Shown here one piece after another: positions 10,810 through 22,429 of a stretch of 64,000 nt of DNA. The stretch lies in contig JBHGNT010000012.1 in assembly GCA_043228905.1 (NCBI GenBank), positions 1,922,001-1,986,000 on the forward strand, written 5' to 3'. Positions within the stretch are counted from its first letter, which is position 1; every line of letters starts with the position of its first letter. The DNA comes from Azolla caroliniana (lineage: Eukaryota > Plantae > Polypodiophyta). Below the pieces are notes generated by a model that saw only the letters and a program-made list of their open reading frames with translations, did no database searches and had not been told where the DNA came from. The position numbers and the translations under genes are program-made.

Positions 10810-13800
10810 CCGGGAAAAACAGAATGCGGATTGAACAACACATAGAAGTGATTGGTGCACCGGGGCAATGTTTTGCATGCAAAAAACTTGGTCATTTAAA
10901 AAGAACTGCCCCACAAGACGTATTAAAGATCATATGAAGGAGATTTTGGAAGTTCGGGACACCATAGGACATCAGAAGCCTCCCCCACCACGACCCGATA
11001 AGGCTGTGATGGAATGGGGAGTGGTGGGAAAAACCCATGTCCTTCGGAAAACTCCACAGGCACAAAATCCTCCATCGCCAATGAGCCCCAATTGATTTGA
11101 TCTACTACAAGAGCTCCCCCCCACGGATGAGCATTCCCCTAGTTCTTTCTTAAGCCCCAAGGAACAGCCTAAGGTGACACCAAGCACACAAGAGAAAGTT
11201 CTCGTTAAAGCTTACAAAACAGGGAAGCAAAGAAGGATAAGTCATGTTAAGACCTTAATACGGAGCTTGAGTGGAACGACACCCAATGCAAAAGCGACAA
11301 ACCAAGGCAAAAGTTTGAATGTCACGCCTCATATCATAGTCTTCCTGGACACAAATGAGTGTGATTCCTCTAGCCAAGACCTTGAACCACACCCGCAAAA
11401 CGCCTTGAAATGGCTAGGTATTGGGCACAACACAGTGGAAAAAATAAGGGTACATGTATCAACAGTACACAATAACAGAGTTTCAACGACCTCAATCTCC
11501 TTTCCACTCTTGCTTCCGACACAGGAAGATTGGTCGAAATCCAAGATTAAAGATACGCTATGTAACCAAACAACATGCTTTGTAGCAAAAATAAGTGATG
11601 AAGACCTCATGAACGAACTAAAGCAACATTGGCATAACACTGAATTTTGGTGCACCATGGATGAAGAGGAACCTCATCTCTGCCACATCCACCTATGGAC
11701 TATCATAGACACCCAACTAAACTCCAAGCTTTTTCTATTTCTATGAGAAGCATGAAGGAGCGATTGAAGCTCACAGGATAGCCCACAAACTCCACTCATG
11801 GATGTGGACCATCATTCCATCAATGGAAATGATTGGCTGTCTAAATGCTGAGTGCTCCCCACTCACGACATGTTGTGCAAAGCATCAGGCACAAATCTCC
11901 CACTCCATTCCATGATTATGAAGATTGTGACATGGAACGTGCAAAGGCTTAAGAGTCAACTAGACCAGCAAAACAGATGGAAACTAAGAAGAGATCGTGA
12001 GGAATATATATTAGGGGGTGTTGCTGACATCATCATGTTGTAGGAACACCACCTTGATAGTACTCGTTTAAAGGAAGTCGGAGATCTTTTACCAGGATCA
12101 TGGCGAACAATTTGGAAGCCAACAATAGGGGAGGATGGAAATCATGGTGGTATTTGCACTTTGATTCGGGAACATCTAACCCAAAGTTTAATACACCAGG
12201 AATCACTGATACCTCGAAGGGCATATTTTTACACGTTGGCCATCCAAGGGCAACGTTGGAATTTCATGAATGTTTATGCTCCAAATATCAGCACAGAACG
12301 GGCAACATTTTGGCAGCGCATTCGCCAACAAGTAGTAGGTGTGGAGGAGTGCTACATTGGAGTGGATTTTAATATGATCGAATCCATCCATGATAGCTCT
12401 AACAACAATCCTAGAGTCCTACAAGGAAGGGAATGTAAACAGTGGGAGAAGTTATGTGTACACCTTAACTTGCGAGATATATGGCATTCCGACAACTTCC
12501 AACGAAAAAAGGACTCTCTCTTATTCTCCTGATCAGATGGGCGAAATAGTGGACCCACTCTATCTCGCATAGATCGTCTTTATGTAGGCGAGGCCCTAGA
12601 AGCGAAGAGAGGGTGGTGTTGCATAACTCCAGGCACGACTTTCTCCGACCATTACCCGGTAATCGGTCACTTTCACTTGCACCGAAAGTGGGGCTCATTC
12701 CAACCTCAAATCCCACACACTATCTACACAGTTATAGAGGTGAAGGAACAACTCGCCATCCAATGGTCACTACCCGTCAATGCCTCATTAGCAGATTTTG
12801 ACAAACTTCTAGCTAAATGATCAAGAGCTTCAACTCTACTACACGAGATTATCAAGACTAGAAGTAAGGATGCTCAGGAAAAGCGATAGAGGAAAAAACG
12901 GGGACTAATAGCCTTACAATGACTCCAACATTGATACCCGACATGTAGTTGGATCGCGGGACAAGTTGCCGTGGCCAAACATGAATTGATCATGGCAGAA
13001 AAGACAATTTATGACATGGAGTTTCATGGAAGCATTGCTTGATGGATTCAAGTAGAGGACAAACCATGAAGGAACTCTTCTGATCCAAGGGACCAAGACA
13101 CGCTAGAACAATGATGTGCAATCTCAACCAAGCGGATGGAACAACCACAGAGGATGGCAACGAAATGAGGAATATTGCCACAAGTTATTTTAAGCGACTA
13201 CTTACTGAAGATAATCTGGCCACAGGGGAAGACATAAGAGAAATTATCCTCCAGAGCATACCTGAGAAAGTCACGACGAAAATGAATACATGGTTCGTGC
13301 GTCCCCTACCAATCATCGAGATATGGGAGGCCCTCTCAGATTTGGATGCAGATAGCTGCCCTAAAATGGACGGCCTCACCCCTCATTTTTTCACGTGCCT
13401 TTGGGACACTATTGAAGAAGACCTTCTCTAGGCATATGAGGAGATCATCACCTTTGGAAACATGCCAGAGGAATTTGGACAGGGGACGATACAGCTCATT
13501 CCTAAAAGTGGTGGGAATGCTAATGACATTAGTAAGTGGCGGCCCATAACTCTCCTCAATATTGTCTATAAGTTGCTCGCAAAAATCGTGGCACGCCGCT
13601 TAGCACCACTTCTCCCTCAGTTCATTCATCTGTCCCAGACAAGTTTTGTTAGAAATTGGAGCATCCTAGACAATCTCTTCTCATTTTGGGAAGCAATAGC
13701 CCTTGCCAAGCGTAACAACAAGGTAGTTGTGGTGCTCCTAGATTTTGAGAAAACATATGATCGGGTATGCTGGAAATTTCTAGAAAATGGGATGGGAAAA

Positions 13801-15388
13801 TCGGCTTTCACGAATCATGGATCAAAAGCATGGATTGGGTCTTATTGATCCCCTCTCACAATCAAAATCCCTATTCGTCAAATTTGTGGTGCGAGGACTC
13901 CAACCAGGGAATGACTGCTGGAAAATGCTATTGCGATTACTCTTCACCTACTTTAGGCCACAAAAAGAGAGCAATTGGGCCCCCCAAACTGGATGGATTC
14001 TAAACATTGATCTCAAACCTAGTTTCTCTCGCCAACTAGAGGATAGATTTAGTGCATCCATGTGGAAGGCGTGGTGTGACATTAGACGAGGACTCAAGTG
14101 CGATCAACCCAATTCCGAACCTGCCTGGTTTAGTCAACGTATCCTTTGGAACGCATGTATTAGGGATGAATCTAATCAACTAATTGGATCATGCAAGGGG
14201 CTATCATGGGGATACATGTTGGAAGGTCCAGGAAAAAGTGTAGAATATTGGAGACGGTTTATGTCATTGCCAATACAAGACCAAGCCAACATCCTCCATG
14301 GAATCAGGGGCGGATGGGCTATGAGATCTGAAATCATTAACGCTCTACTGATTAGGTAAGATGTTCATCAAAGGAAGACAACGGAGAAATGGATAGGTTA
14401 CAAGGAGGGCTCTTTGCTCCCAAGAGGTAGGGACACACCGGATAGGATCGAAGCCTCCGAACTGCAGGACAACGAGACATCAACACAACATAAGGAAATT
14501 CGAGTACTAGCATATACTGGGCATAAATGGATTGTAGATCCTGATCCAGTCAAAGTACAACCAGATTGGCACATATGTACTCATGAAAACACATGGCTAC
14601 GTAAGGTTAGTTGGGACCATTTACAATGGACATGGTGTGATCCTTATGTGGGTCAAGTAAGCAAACCTATCCCTTTCTTTCAATTCACAACTAGATTGGG
14701 TCTTCATATTATAGCCGCTCAATCTGCTTGAGATCCGACTACTGCAAAGGTCTGGAAAACATATCATGTTCCTTACCCAATTATCACGAAGTTTTGGCAG
14801 AAACTCTGGAAACAACAACACGCGAGGCGAATCACCACTTTCCAATGGTTATTAATACATAGGTCATTACCGGTTGGTGCATGGCAGCGTGGGAACCTCA
14901 GTTCTCCTAATTGTGTAGCGTGTGCAACTGTAGTAGAATCAATACGACACGCTCTATGGGACTGCCCAGAGTCCCATCGAATATGGGGGGGGGGGGGGGG
15001 GTTGGCCGCTTATTGTAATTATGCCAGGTGCAAGGTTCAATCAAGTGAGGGAATGTATGTTGGCTATCATGGCAGGCCCCAGTTGACGGATATGAGCATC
15101 AGGAAGAGGGGATGACTTTGGTTATAAAAGCACAAGAGGTTTTTTTCTCCATCATCGGCAATATCCACTCAACTCCTATTAGTGCCAAATCTCAAGTTGT
15201 GTTGGACTTGGTCAACTCAATAACTCTTTGGATTTTATGGAAACAACGGTGTAGACGGGTCTTCTCCAACCAAAGCGCGCAACCAATAATGTTAATGCAA
15301 CAGATATGGAGTGAAGTTGTAGCCACTCTAAAGAGCCAATATGATGGCCTCAAGGGCAACTCCGATAGAGTTGAAAGACAACGACTAG

Positions 15389-16372
15389 CCTTTATCCAAC
15401 AATGGTTGTCCTCTCCCTTTCTTGAGGTAGTGGGCATCCACATAAGATGGACCTATTGTGTCCCTATAAGGATTTGTATATAATAATCTCATCTGTAAAA
15501 TCTTTATAACTAATGGAAGAAGTTTATTTTGGAATAAAAAATAAAAAATCTCTACATACACTATGGAGTAAGTTATCATTTTCTTCATTCTTGCAACTAC
15601 ATATATACAAACTAGTCTTCATGTAGGGAAATGGGATGACATTACAAAAGTTTTTATTTTTATTTTTAAGATTAACCTTGGTATTAATGGAAAGATGCCC
15701 AAAGGCTACAAAGAACTCATACATGAAAATATAACCACCATACCCAATCAACCAACATGTCAAATAGCAAAAGCCCTCACACAGCTAACAATCGGCAACG
15801 GTTCGATTCAGTTTGAGAGGGTCCAAACCGAACCGTTTAAATTTTTTGAAACCTGAACAAAACCGAACTGAACCACGAAACCGTTAAACCGAACTGTTAA
15901 ACAATTTTCAAACCGTTAAACCATTAAACTGTAAAAACCGCAGTCTCGTGGTTCAGTTTCGGTTTTCAACATAGATCAAAATTTTAATTTTTCATTTTTC
16001 ATTTTTTTAAATTTATAATATTTCATTTTTAAAAAGTTTTCAGATGTTCCTAAAATGTGAAAATAAGCTCTAAAAATGAAACGATTGTTTAAACACAAAT
16101 TTTAAACTTTTTTTTAGAATTTTTTAAAATTTTGTTTAAAAAATAATAAAAAACCGTTAAACCATTTAAACCGCGGTTTCTTACTAATGAAACCGAACCA
16201 AACCATTTAAAAAAAACCAAACCTGAACTGAACCGAACCGATGAAACCGTTAAGCCGTTAAACCGCGGTTTCACGGTTCGGTTTGGTTCAAACAGAACTG
16301 TTACCGATTGTTACACACAACTACCTTAGAAATTCTATTTACACCTAAAATCGAGATCCTTACATAATGGGG
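15389..16372 (+). repeat. Direct repeat A, copy 1 (LINE 3' end plus flank, interrupted by a MITE)
   Basis: Near-identical to 19527-19972 once the MITE at 15786-16313 is removed. Confidence 0.9.
15786..16313. mobile_element. hAT-type MITE (AACCG family)
   Basis: TIRs TAACAATCGGCAAC / GTTACCGATTGTTA. 8-bp TSD CACACAGC (15778-15785) / CACACAAC (16314-16321). The empty site CACACAAC is visible in the duplicate at 19914-19921. Confidence 0.9.
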
Positions 16373-19300
16373 TCTTCTCCAACCAAACCGCGCATCCAAC
16401 AAGGTTACTGCAAGAGATATGGAGTGAAATTGTAGCCACTCTAATGAGCCAATATGATGGCCTCAAGGGCAACTTCTATGGAGTCGAAAGACAACGAATA
16501 GCCTTCATCCAACAATGGTTCTCCTCTCCCTTTCTTGAGTCAGTGAGCATCCACATAAGATGGAACTTTCGCGTCCCTTCAGGGATTTGTACATAATATT
16601 CTCATTTGTAAAATTTTATAACTAGAGTTTTTTTTTGGAAATTTAAAAAAAAAAAAAAAAGATCAACCCTTACGACTTGCTCTCAAAATTGGAAAACATG
16701 GTGACAATGCTCAACTATCGCTTATGTCTTAGGTTCGATTCTCAATCTTCTCACCTCTCCCTCTGTCTCCCTCTCTCTATAATTTATCTCTTTAGTGTCA
16801 TGTCATAGTAAAATTTTATGTTAGTCTCATGTTTTCTTCATATTCCCGAATTATACGTTTTATGAGTTTTTGAATGTTTGATTATAATTTATAATGACAT
16901 ATTTTGATTTAATCTCTTGAGTATAGTTCATACTCATTTTTTTGTAAAGTTTTAAAGTGAAGAAATTGATAACTTCACTTGTTGCAAGATGAGAACATCG
17001 ATAATTGCAAGATGACCTCATCATCAATACAATTATGTCTTTGAATTATATTGGTTTTTATGTTTGTGCTTTCTAATGTTTAGTAGTTAAGTAATTCCTA
17101 AGTTTTGAACTTTCAATTGTGTTGACCTTTTATTCAACTTTATTTATTTTTTCATAGGTTTAATGTATACTCTTTCTCATAGTGTTATTCTTTGGGTAGT
17201 ATATTACTCTCTCTACTTCTAATCAAGGATGTCTTTATGTATGTACTTATGTCAATGATCTTTAGCGAGATAATATACATTCATAGGAGACAATTAACAA
17301 GTTGCATTTCCTTTTAAGGGCAACACCATTTTTATTTCTCTTTGTGTTGTCGACAGATTATCATTTGTGAATATTGATAGTAGCATATATGTTAAGGGCA
17401 TGACCATAGTTTATCTCATGGTAAGTTGTACAATAGTATTCTACACACGAGGATAAAGTGTGAGGGTTAATTGAGAGTTTAAAGAAGGGAGGATTACTTT
17501 TAATCCTAGGAATTAAGACAACCCATAAGCGCTAAGTGTGAACTTTGTATGGGGGCCTTAGGTCTTACTATAAATACGAGACCTAGCTACCCTCATTAGA
17601 CGCATTATTTGACTATGTCAAGATTGTGATCCTACGGTGAACAGACTCTTGTAGCGAGTGTGCTAATACCAGGTATGACTCGATGCCATGGCGGTGGATT
17701 GGGATGTCCGTCTCGATCCCTTTCACTCAGGGGTGGTTGAGTGGATCAACACTCTTCTTTCTCTCTCTTTCTCTTACCTACCTAAAATTTATTTCCTTAT
17801 TTCATGCTTACATTAAGAATAATCTCTAAGTATATGCACGCCACTATTTATTTTTATTTATTTATTTATTTTCCAAAAAAAAACACTACTTCCCATTAGT
17901 TAGCAAAAGAAGTACATCAAAGATCAGCCATAATCAAAACAACATAATCCCTACCCTACTATTTGCAACATTAGTATCCCGCGAACACTTTGTACATGGT
18001 GACCACATATTTACAACTCATGTCCATTCATGGAAGTCAATGGCGGAAACAACCATCTCGGTGCTTGGTAGTTCCATTTAGGCCCTGACGCTGAATTTAC
18101 CATTATAGGAGAATGACCCCATTTCAGCAAAAACTTCGACCGAGCCCTTTCTGCTACATCTGAATTCCCTTCAATCGAGTTGTATTGTCTGCGCAGCCAA
18201 GATACCAAATGGAACCAAATGTTTAGCAAAACCTCACCGCTTGGGAGTTTTCGTTGCTGAAAAACAAACAAACATCGTCTGGTCCAAATGTGCCAAACCG
18301 AGAAGCATGCCACCAACATCCATATCTCCTCAAAAAAACCAGAGTTTGTACCAGGTTCCATTCCAACACATTTTAATACACTGCCGCCCTGCACTATAAA
18401 ACCATGACCATGTGGATTTAGATGTTCCGCCCAGCCTTCCTTAGTTAGTTTCAAACCCTGTAAGGACCCCCACACAACTCTCCCATTTACACCGCATGCT
18501 GCCACTATCCTGAGACTTCGACCGCAAATACGCCACTATTAAAGATGTGAACTCATAACTTAGCATCAAACTATCATACGTCATAGGTGTGGATGGTCCT
18601 CACAACATCAACTATATTTGCATTTTAGAATATCTGTGATGTCCTCACGATTCTCCAAGCAATAATTTGTAGGACCTTTGCGTAAAGGCATCACTTTTAC
18701 ATTGTGCTTCATTTTGTAATGGCTTCTTACATTATTTTACATTGTTCTTCATTGTGTAATGGCTTCATTATGTAAGGGCAATTCAATATACCCTGCTTAT
18801 TTTTGTTACAAAAAGAAGGAATATTTGTTTTCCGTCTAATGCATGCCTACTTAAGTATTCTCTTTTGTGAAAACTACAAAATCTTCATTTTCTCGTTTTT
18901 TTCCTTGTTTGACTTTCAATGCAAAATAACAATATCAATTTCTTTTATTTATTTTTACAATAGATAACATTACAATTTTCGAAAGTTCCTTCTTAGTAGA
19001 TATAAGGGTTTCCTATTATACGGATCTTGTAGATGATTTGTCAAGCACGAAGATCCCCCCCATCTCTCTTCATTTTTCCGTCTTCGTCAAAAAATTGTAG
19101 AGCAAAGATCTTAAGCTTAAATTCACCTTGTTTATTTTGGTGAAAGTGACTTACAACTTTATTAGCACTACCTTTTTTAAGGCTTCAAATCATTGGGTTG
19201 TAAAATGTGGTTCCATTGTAAAATTATTAGGTGGAAAGTGCTAGTTAAGGTTTGGAAAGTTCCATTATGCTAGAAATTCAACATTTACAATTGTATTCCT

Positions 19301-19517
19301 ATATCAAATTTATAACAAGATGCCTTTATTGTTGTTCTAAATTTCGCTTATTAGAGTATCCTGGAGAAGTATATTTGTTCAAGGCCAACCAAAACTATGA
19401 AATAGGGATTCTTCATTCTGCATGATGACAATGGCATACGTACAAATTGAATAGGTGGAGAAAATGTTGCACAACATCTGAGCAACTACGTACAACCATA
19501 TCGACAATTTTTTAAGG
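16370..19517. repeat. Left arm of a large inverted repeat (partner 22430-24762)
   Basis: For example, 16661 GATCAACCCTTACGACTTGC matches the reverse complement of the sequence ending at 24652. The match is collinear to ...ATCGACAATTTTT at 19500-19512 versus 22435-22447, with a few indels. Confidence 0.93.
17849..18529 (-). mobile_element. 5'-truncated L1 LINE copy (same family as 34850-38587)
   Basis: 11-bp TSD ACGCCACTATT (17838-17848 / 18530-18540) and A-rich tail on the minus strand. Encodes AACGVNGRVVWG...PLTSMNGHEL, nearly identical to the ORF2 C-terminus at 37975-38441. Absent from the right IR arm. Confidence 0.92.
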
Positions 19518-19526
19518 TATGGTCGT

Positions 19527-19972
19527 CCTTTATCCAACAATGGTCGTCCTCTCCCTTTCTTAAGGCAGTGGGCATCCACATAAGATGGACCTATCATGTC
19601 CCTATAGGGATTTGTATATAATAATCTCATCTGTAAAATCTTTATAACTAATGGAAGGAGTTTTTTTTGGAAAAAAAAAAAAAAACTCTACATACACTAT
19701 GGAGTAAGTTATCATTTTCTTCGTTCTTGAAACTACATATATACAAAGTAGTCTTCATGTAGGGAAATGGGATGACATTACAAAAGTTTTTATTTTTATT
19801 TTTAAGATTAACCTTGGTATTAATGGCAAGATGCCCAAAGGCTACAAAGAACTCATACATGAAAATATAACCACCATACCCAATCAACCAACATGTCGAA
19901 TAGCAAAAGCCCTCACACAACTACCTTAGAAATTGTATTTACACCTAAAATTGAGGTCCTTACATAATGGGG
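19527..19972 (+). repeat. Direct repeat A, copy 2 (no MITE)
   Basis: Matches 15389-15785 joined to 16322-16372. Confidence 0.9.
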
Positions 19973-20107
19973 GCCGGAAAAAAGAGGTGAAGGCCTCTGC
20001 CTTTGTCCACATTTCTCTAAAATGTTGTTGCTTATGAAACACAACATTGAGCTCACCAGTTATTGCCTTATATTGATCTCTTAGAGTATGCAGACATTAC
20101 AAAAGCT

Positions 20108-21172
20108 TTAAGACATGGCCCGTTTTTTAAATGCAAATGCAAGATAGAGGGAGACACACTCCCACTCTTCTGGGGTAACAAAATCAAGAGGAGTAGAAGT
20201 GGATAAAGAGCTGATTTTGGTTTTTGATCGATGATAGTTGTACTCCACATGGTGTTGACGAATGAGGTGGTGGAAACTTGTGGAGAACACAAGTTCAAGG
20301 TTATACTCTAATGCAATTTTCGTAAGAGCGCATAAAGGAACAAGCCATTCTGGACAATAATCAATGGCATCAACAAGGTAGAACTCGTATTGAATACCGA
20401 AATAGTTGTGTGTTTCAATATAATTTTGAAGTGGCAATGATAGAGCTTTATTCTTATTCTCGCTATCAAATGTGATAGTATATAACTTGTTGCCAAATCT
20501 TACCATTGGCTTGTCAGAATCGGCTGATGTGGCGCTTGTTTCCCTTAATTTCTTTAATATCCTATTAGCATCAAGAATTGTGCCAATGAAGAATCCACCG
20601 GGTTTCAACATTGTTGCCACATTGGCCAATGTTGCTCGTGCCCTTTGTTCGGTAGACCAAGAATAATGCAATGCAAACTGACAACTGCAAATATCAAAAG
20701 GTCGTTCATTACGTAGCCTTTCCCGCACCAGTGTTTCACTAAAACCATCAGCACATATAAACCTTGCTAGGAAGGGACACCCCAATGTCTCATATCTTCT
20801 CTTTGCTACATTGACCAATCCCTCAACAATATCAATGCCTAAATAATATCCCACATCAGCCTTCTTCCACTTCATCAAATCACCCCCTTTTCCACATGCC
20901 AAATCGAGAACACCATCACCTACTTTTGCATACATATGGATCAACCACATTTTGATTGAGGAATGTAACAATTTTAGATTTACTATAGGACTTAAACCTT
21001 GTGCAGTTCCTTCCTCTCCTTCTAGTGACTTACATCGACCTTGATAATGTTGTATGATCAATTGATCGACTTTTGGTGCCTTTTGATGTACAGATCTCCT
21101 CACACCCTTGTTATTGTGTGATGGGCATTCATTGATTTCCTTATTTTCATCCAACTCTCTTGGTATTCCCAT
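20108..21172 (-). CDS. mRNA cap guanine-N7 methyltransferase (RNMT/Abd1 family), intronless, divergent, 354 aa from the first ATG
   Basis: Motifs VLDLACGKGGDLMKW, YYLGIDI, FDICSCQFALHYSW, LKPGGFFIGT, CPEWLVP and LYLAFAFKKR are typical of plant RNMT. The ORF-track start at 21223 is GTG; the first ATG is at 21172. Confidence 0.9.
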   Translation of the reverse strand: MGIPRELDENKEINECPSHNNKGVRRSVHQKAPKVDQLIIQHYQGRCKSLEGEEGTAQGLSPIVNLKLLHSSIKMWLIHMYAKVGDGVLDLACGKGGDLMKWKKADVGYYLGIDIVEGLVNVAKRRYETLGCPFLARFICADGFSETLVRERLRNERPFDICSCQFALHYSWSTEQRARATLANVATMLKPGGFFIGTILDANRILKKLRETSATSADSDKPMVRFGNKLYTITFDSENKNKALSLPLQNYIETHNYFGIQYEFYLVDAIDYCPEWLVPLCALTKIALEYNLELVFSTSFHHLIRQHHVEYNYHRSKTKISSLSTSTPLDFVTPEEWECVSLYLAFAFKKRAMS

Positions 21173-21279
21173 CCTAAAACTAGCAAGCTCTCTCTTGCCA
21201 CAAAAAGCATTACACAAACACACACTTCTAAATTCCCAAACATACTACTCATAGACATTGAAAATAGGAATAGCTTACC

Positions 21280-21286
21280 TTATATA
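21280..21286 (-). promoter_or_regulatory. Candidate TATA box of the methyltransferase gene
   Basis: Minus-strand TATATAA about 110 bp upstream of the ATG. Confidence 0.4.
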
Positions 21287-22429
21287 CAAGTTTTTCAAAA
21301 GGAATAATAAAGCATGGAATGGTGGTGTTTAGAATCTGGTTATTATATTAGACGAAATCTCATAAAAAAACCCATCATAGAGGCACTTATACCCATCTAA
21401 ACATTAATTAACAAACATAAATTTTGATGCGTTATTGAATGATAACGCATCAAGCTTAAAAAATAATGTTACCTTGACAAGCGCCCCCACCTAGTATCGA
21501 TCTAAAACGCATCAACCATTGTAAATAATGTTCCCCTTCCCAACAACCCCACCTAGTATCAACTTGAACCATCCATGTTGATGTGTGTAAGATAGAAAAA
21601 AAATCCTGAGTATGAACATTTTCGATTTGAATAAGAACCACTTCTCTTATTCAAAAGACCATTTTATATATCATAGTAGGGCATCACAAACTTCTCAATA
21701 CAAATAATACGGTAAATGTATAGAATTCTTAACCTTTCAATTGCATTCTTATTTCATTTGTATTTTAAACATTGAATGAAAGCCCGAGAAATGTATTGAA
21801 CTCAATTATAAATCCAATAAATTTGATTGTGGAGGAGATTTAATACATATAGTTTTTCCAATATGAATTTCCTAACATTATAATTTCTTTCATAGATTCT
21901 AGCTAACTATCTTTTAAGTTTTGTTTTCCTGCAAGTGTTTTGTAACTTGATTAGTGTTCTCTTGTGACTTGATTGTGGAAAATGAATGCATAAAGTTGTT
22001 TTTTAGCAAAAACTTGTGAGTTTTGTAAGTACTACCGCACGAGAAAGTTAACGTTTATAATTCTATTTTTCCAATACATATTTGTAACGTGATACTTTAA
22101 ATGTTATTTTAACAAATCTAGTTAGCCATCTTTTTCACACGTAAAAGACGGTGCCATTAGGTAGTGTGCAATGATATGTATGTCTCTTTGTCCTGTACCA
22201 TGTAATGATTTTGTCGTGTATTGGTTTGTTTGCTCGATCGTAAAGTGATGAGTCTAATAATCTCTAACATTATGTCATTATCGAAATGACTCATGTATGC
22301 AATTTGATATTGTGGTTTTACTAACTTTGCTTTATGTAGTCCAAGTAAAAAGAAGACCGAGTACACCTAAAACTCAACACTTTCCATAAAATGACCCATG
22401 TACAGTATTAGTAGACAAAACACTATTGT

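Larger units (their letters stand above)
9574..15549 (+). mobile_element. L1-clade LINE with both ends intact (copy 1), degenerate: 5' UTR repeats, ORF1 remnant with CCHC knuckle, ORF2 with APE endonuclease, partial RT and zf-RVT
   Basis: TSD CTCTACATACAC at 9562-9573 and 15550-15561, with an A-rich tail. Motifs: CFACKKLGH (~10868), KIVTWNV, NVYAP, DFN, SDHYPV, WRPITLLN, LDFEKTYDRV. The RT core (PLAP..ADD) is deleted at ~13830 relative to copy 2. Many stops and frameshifts. Confidence 0.9.

Noticed and set aside
14985-15001. G17 run as a G-quadruplex element
   Set aside because: The paralogous LINE has GGTGGGGGG here, so this is a homopolymer expansion or sequencing error in a dead copy.
16695-16745. 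B-box-like GGTTCGATTCTC (mirrored at ~24570)
   Set aside because: No convincing A box, tail or TSD. At most a very old SINE relic.
20108-21223. Viral (NCLDV/poxvirus) capping enzyme or a giant TIR transposon carrying it
   Set aside because: The motifs are plant RNMT-like and there is no triphosphatase/guanylyltransferase domain or other viral gene. The flanking inverted repeats end inside LINE sequence with no TSD, which fits a rearrangement rather than TIRs.
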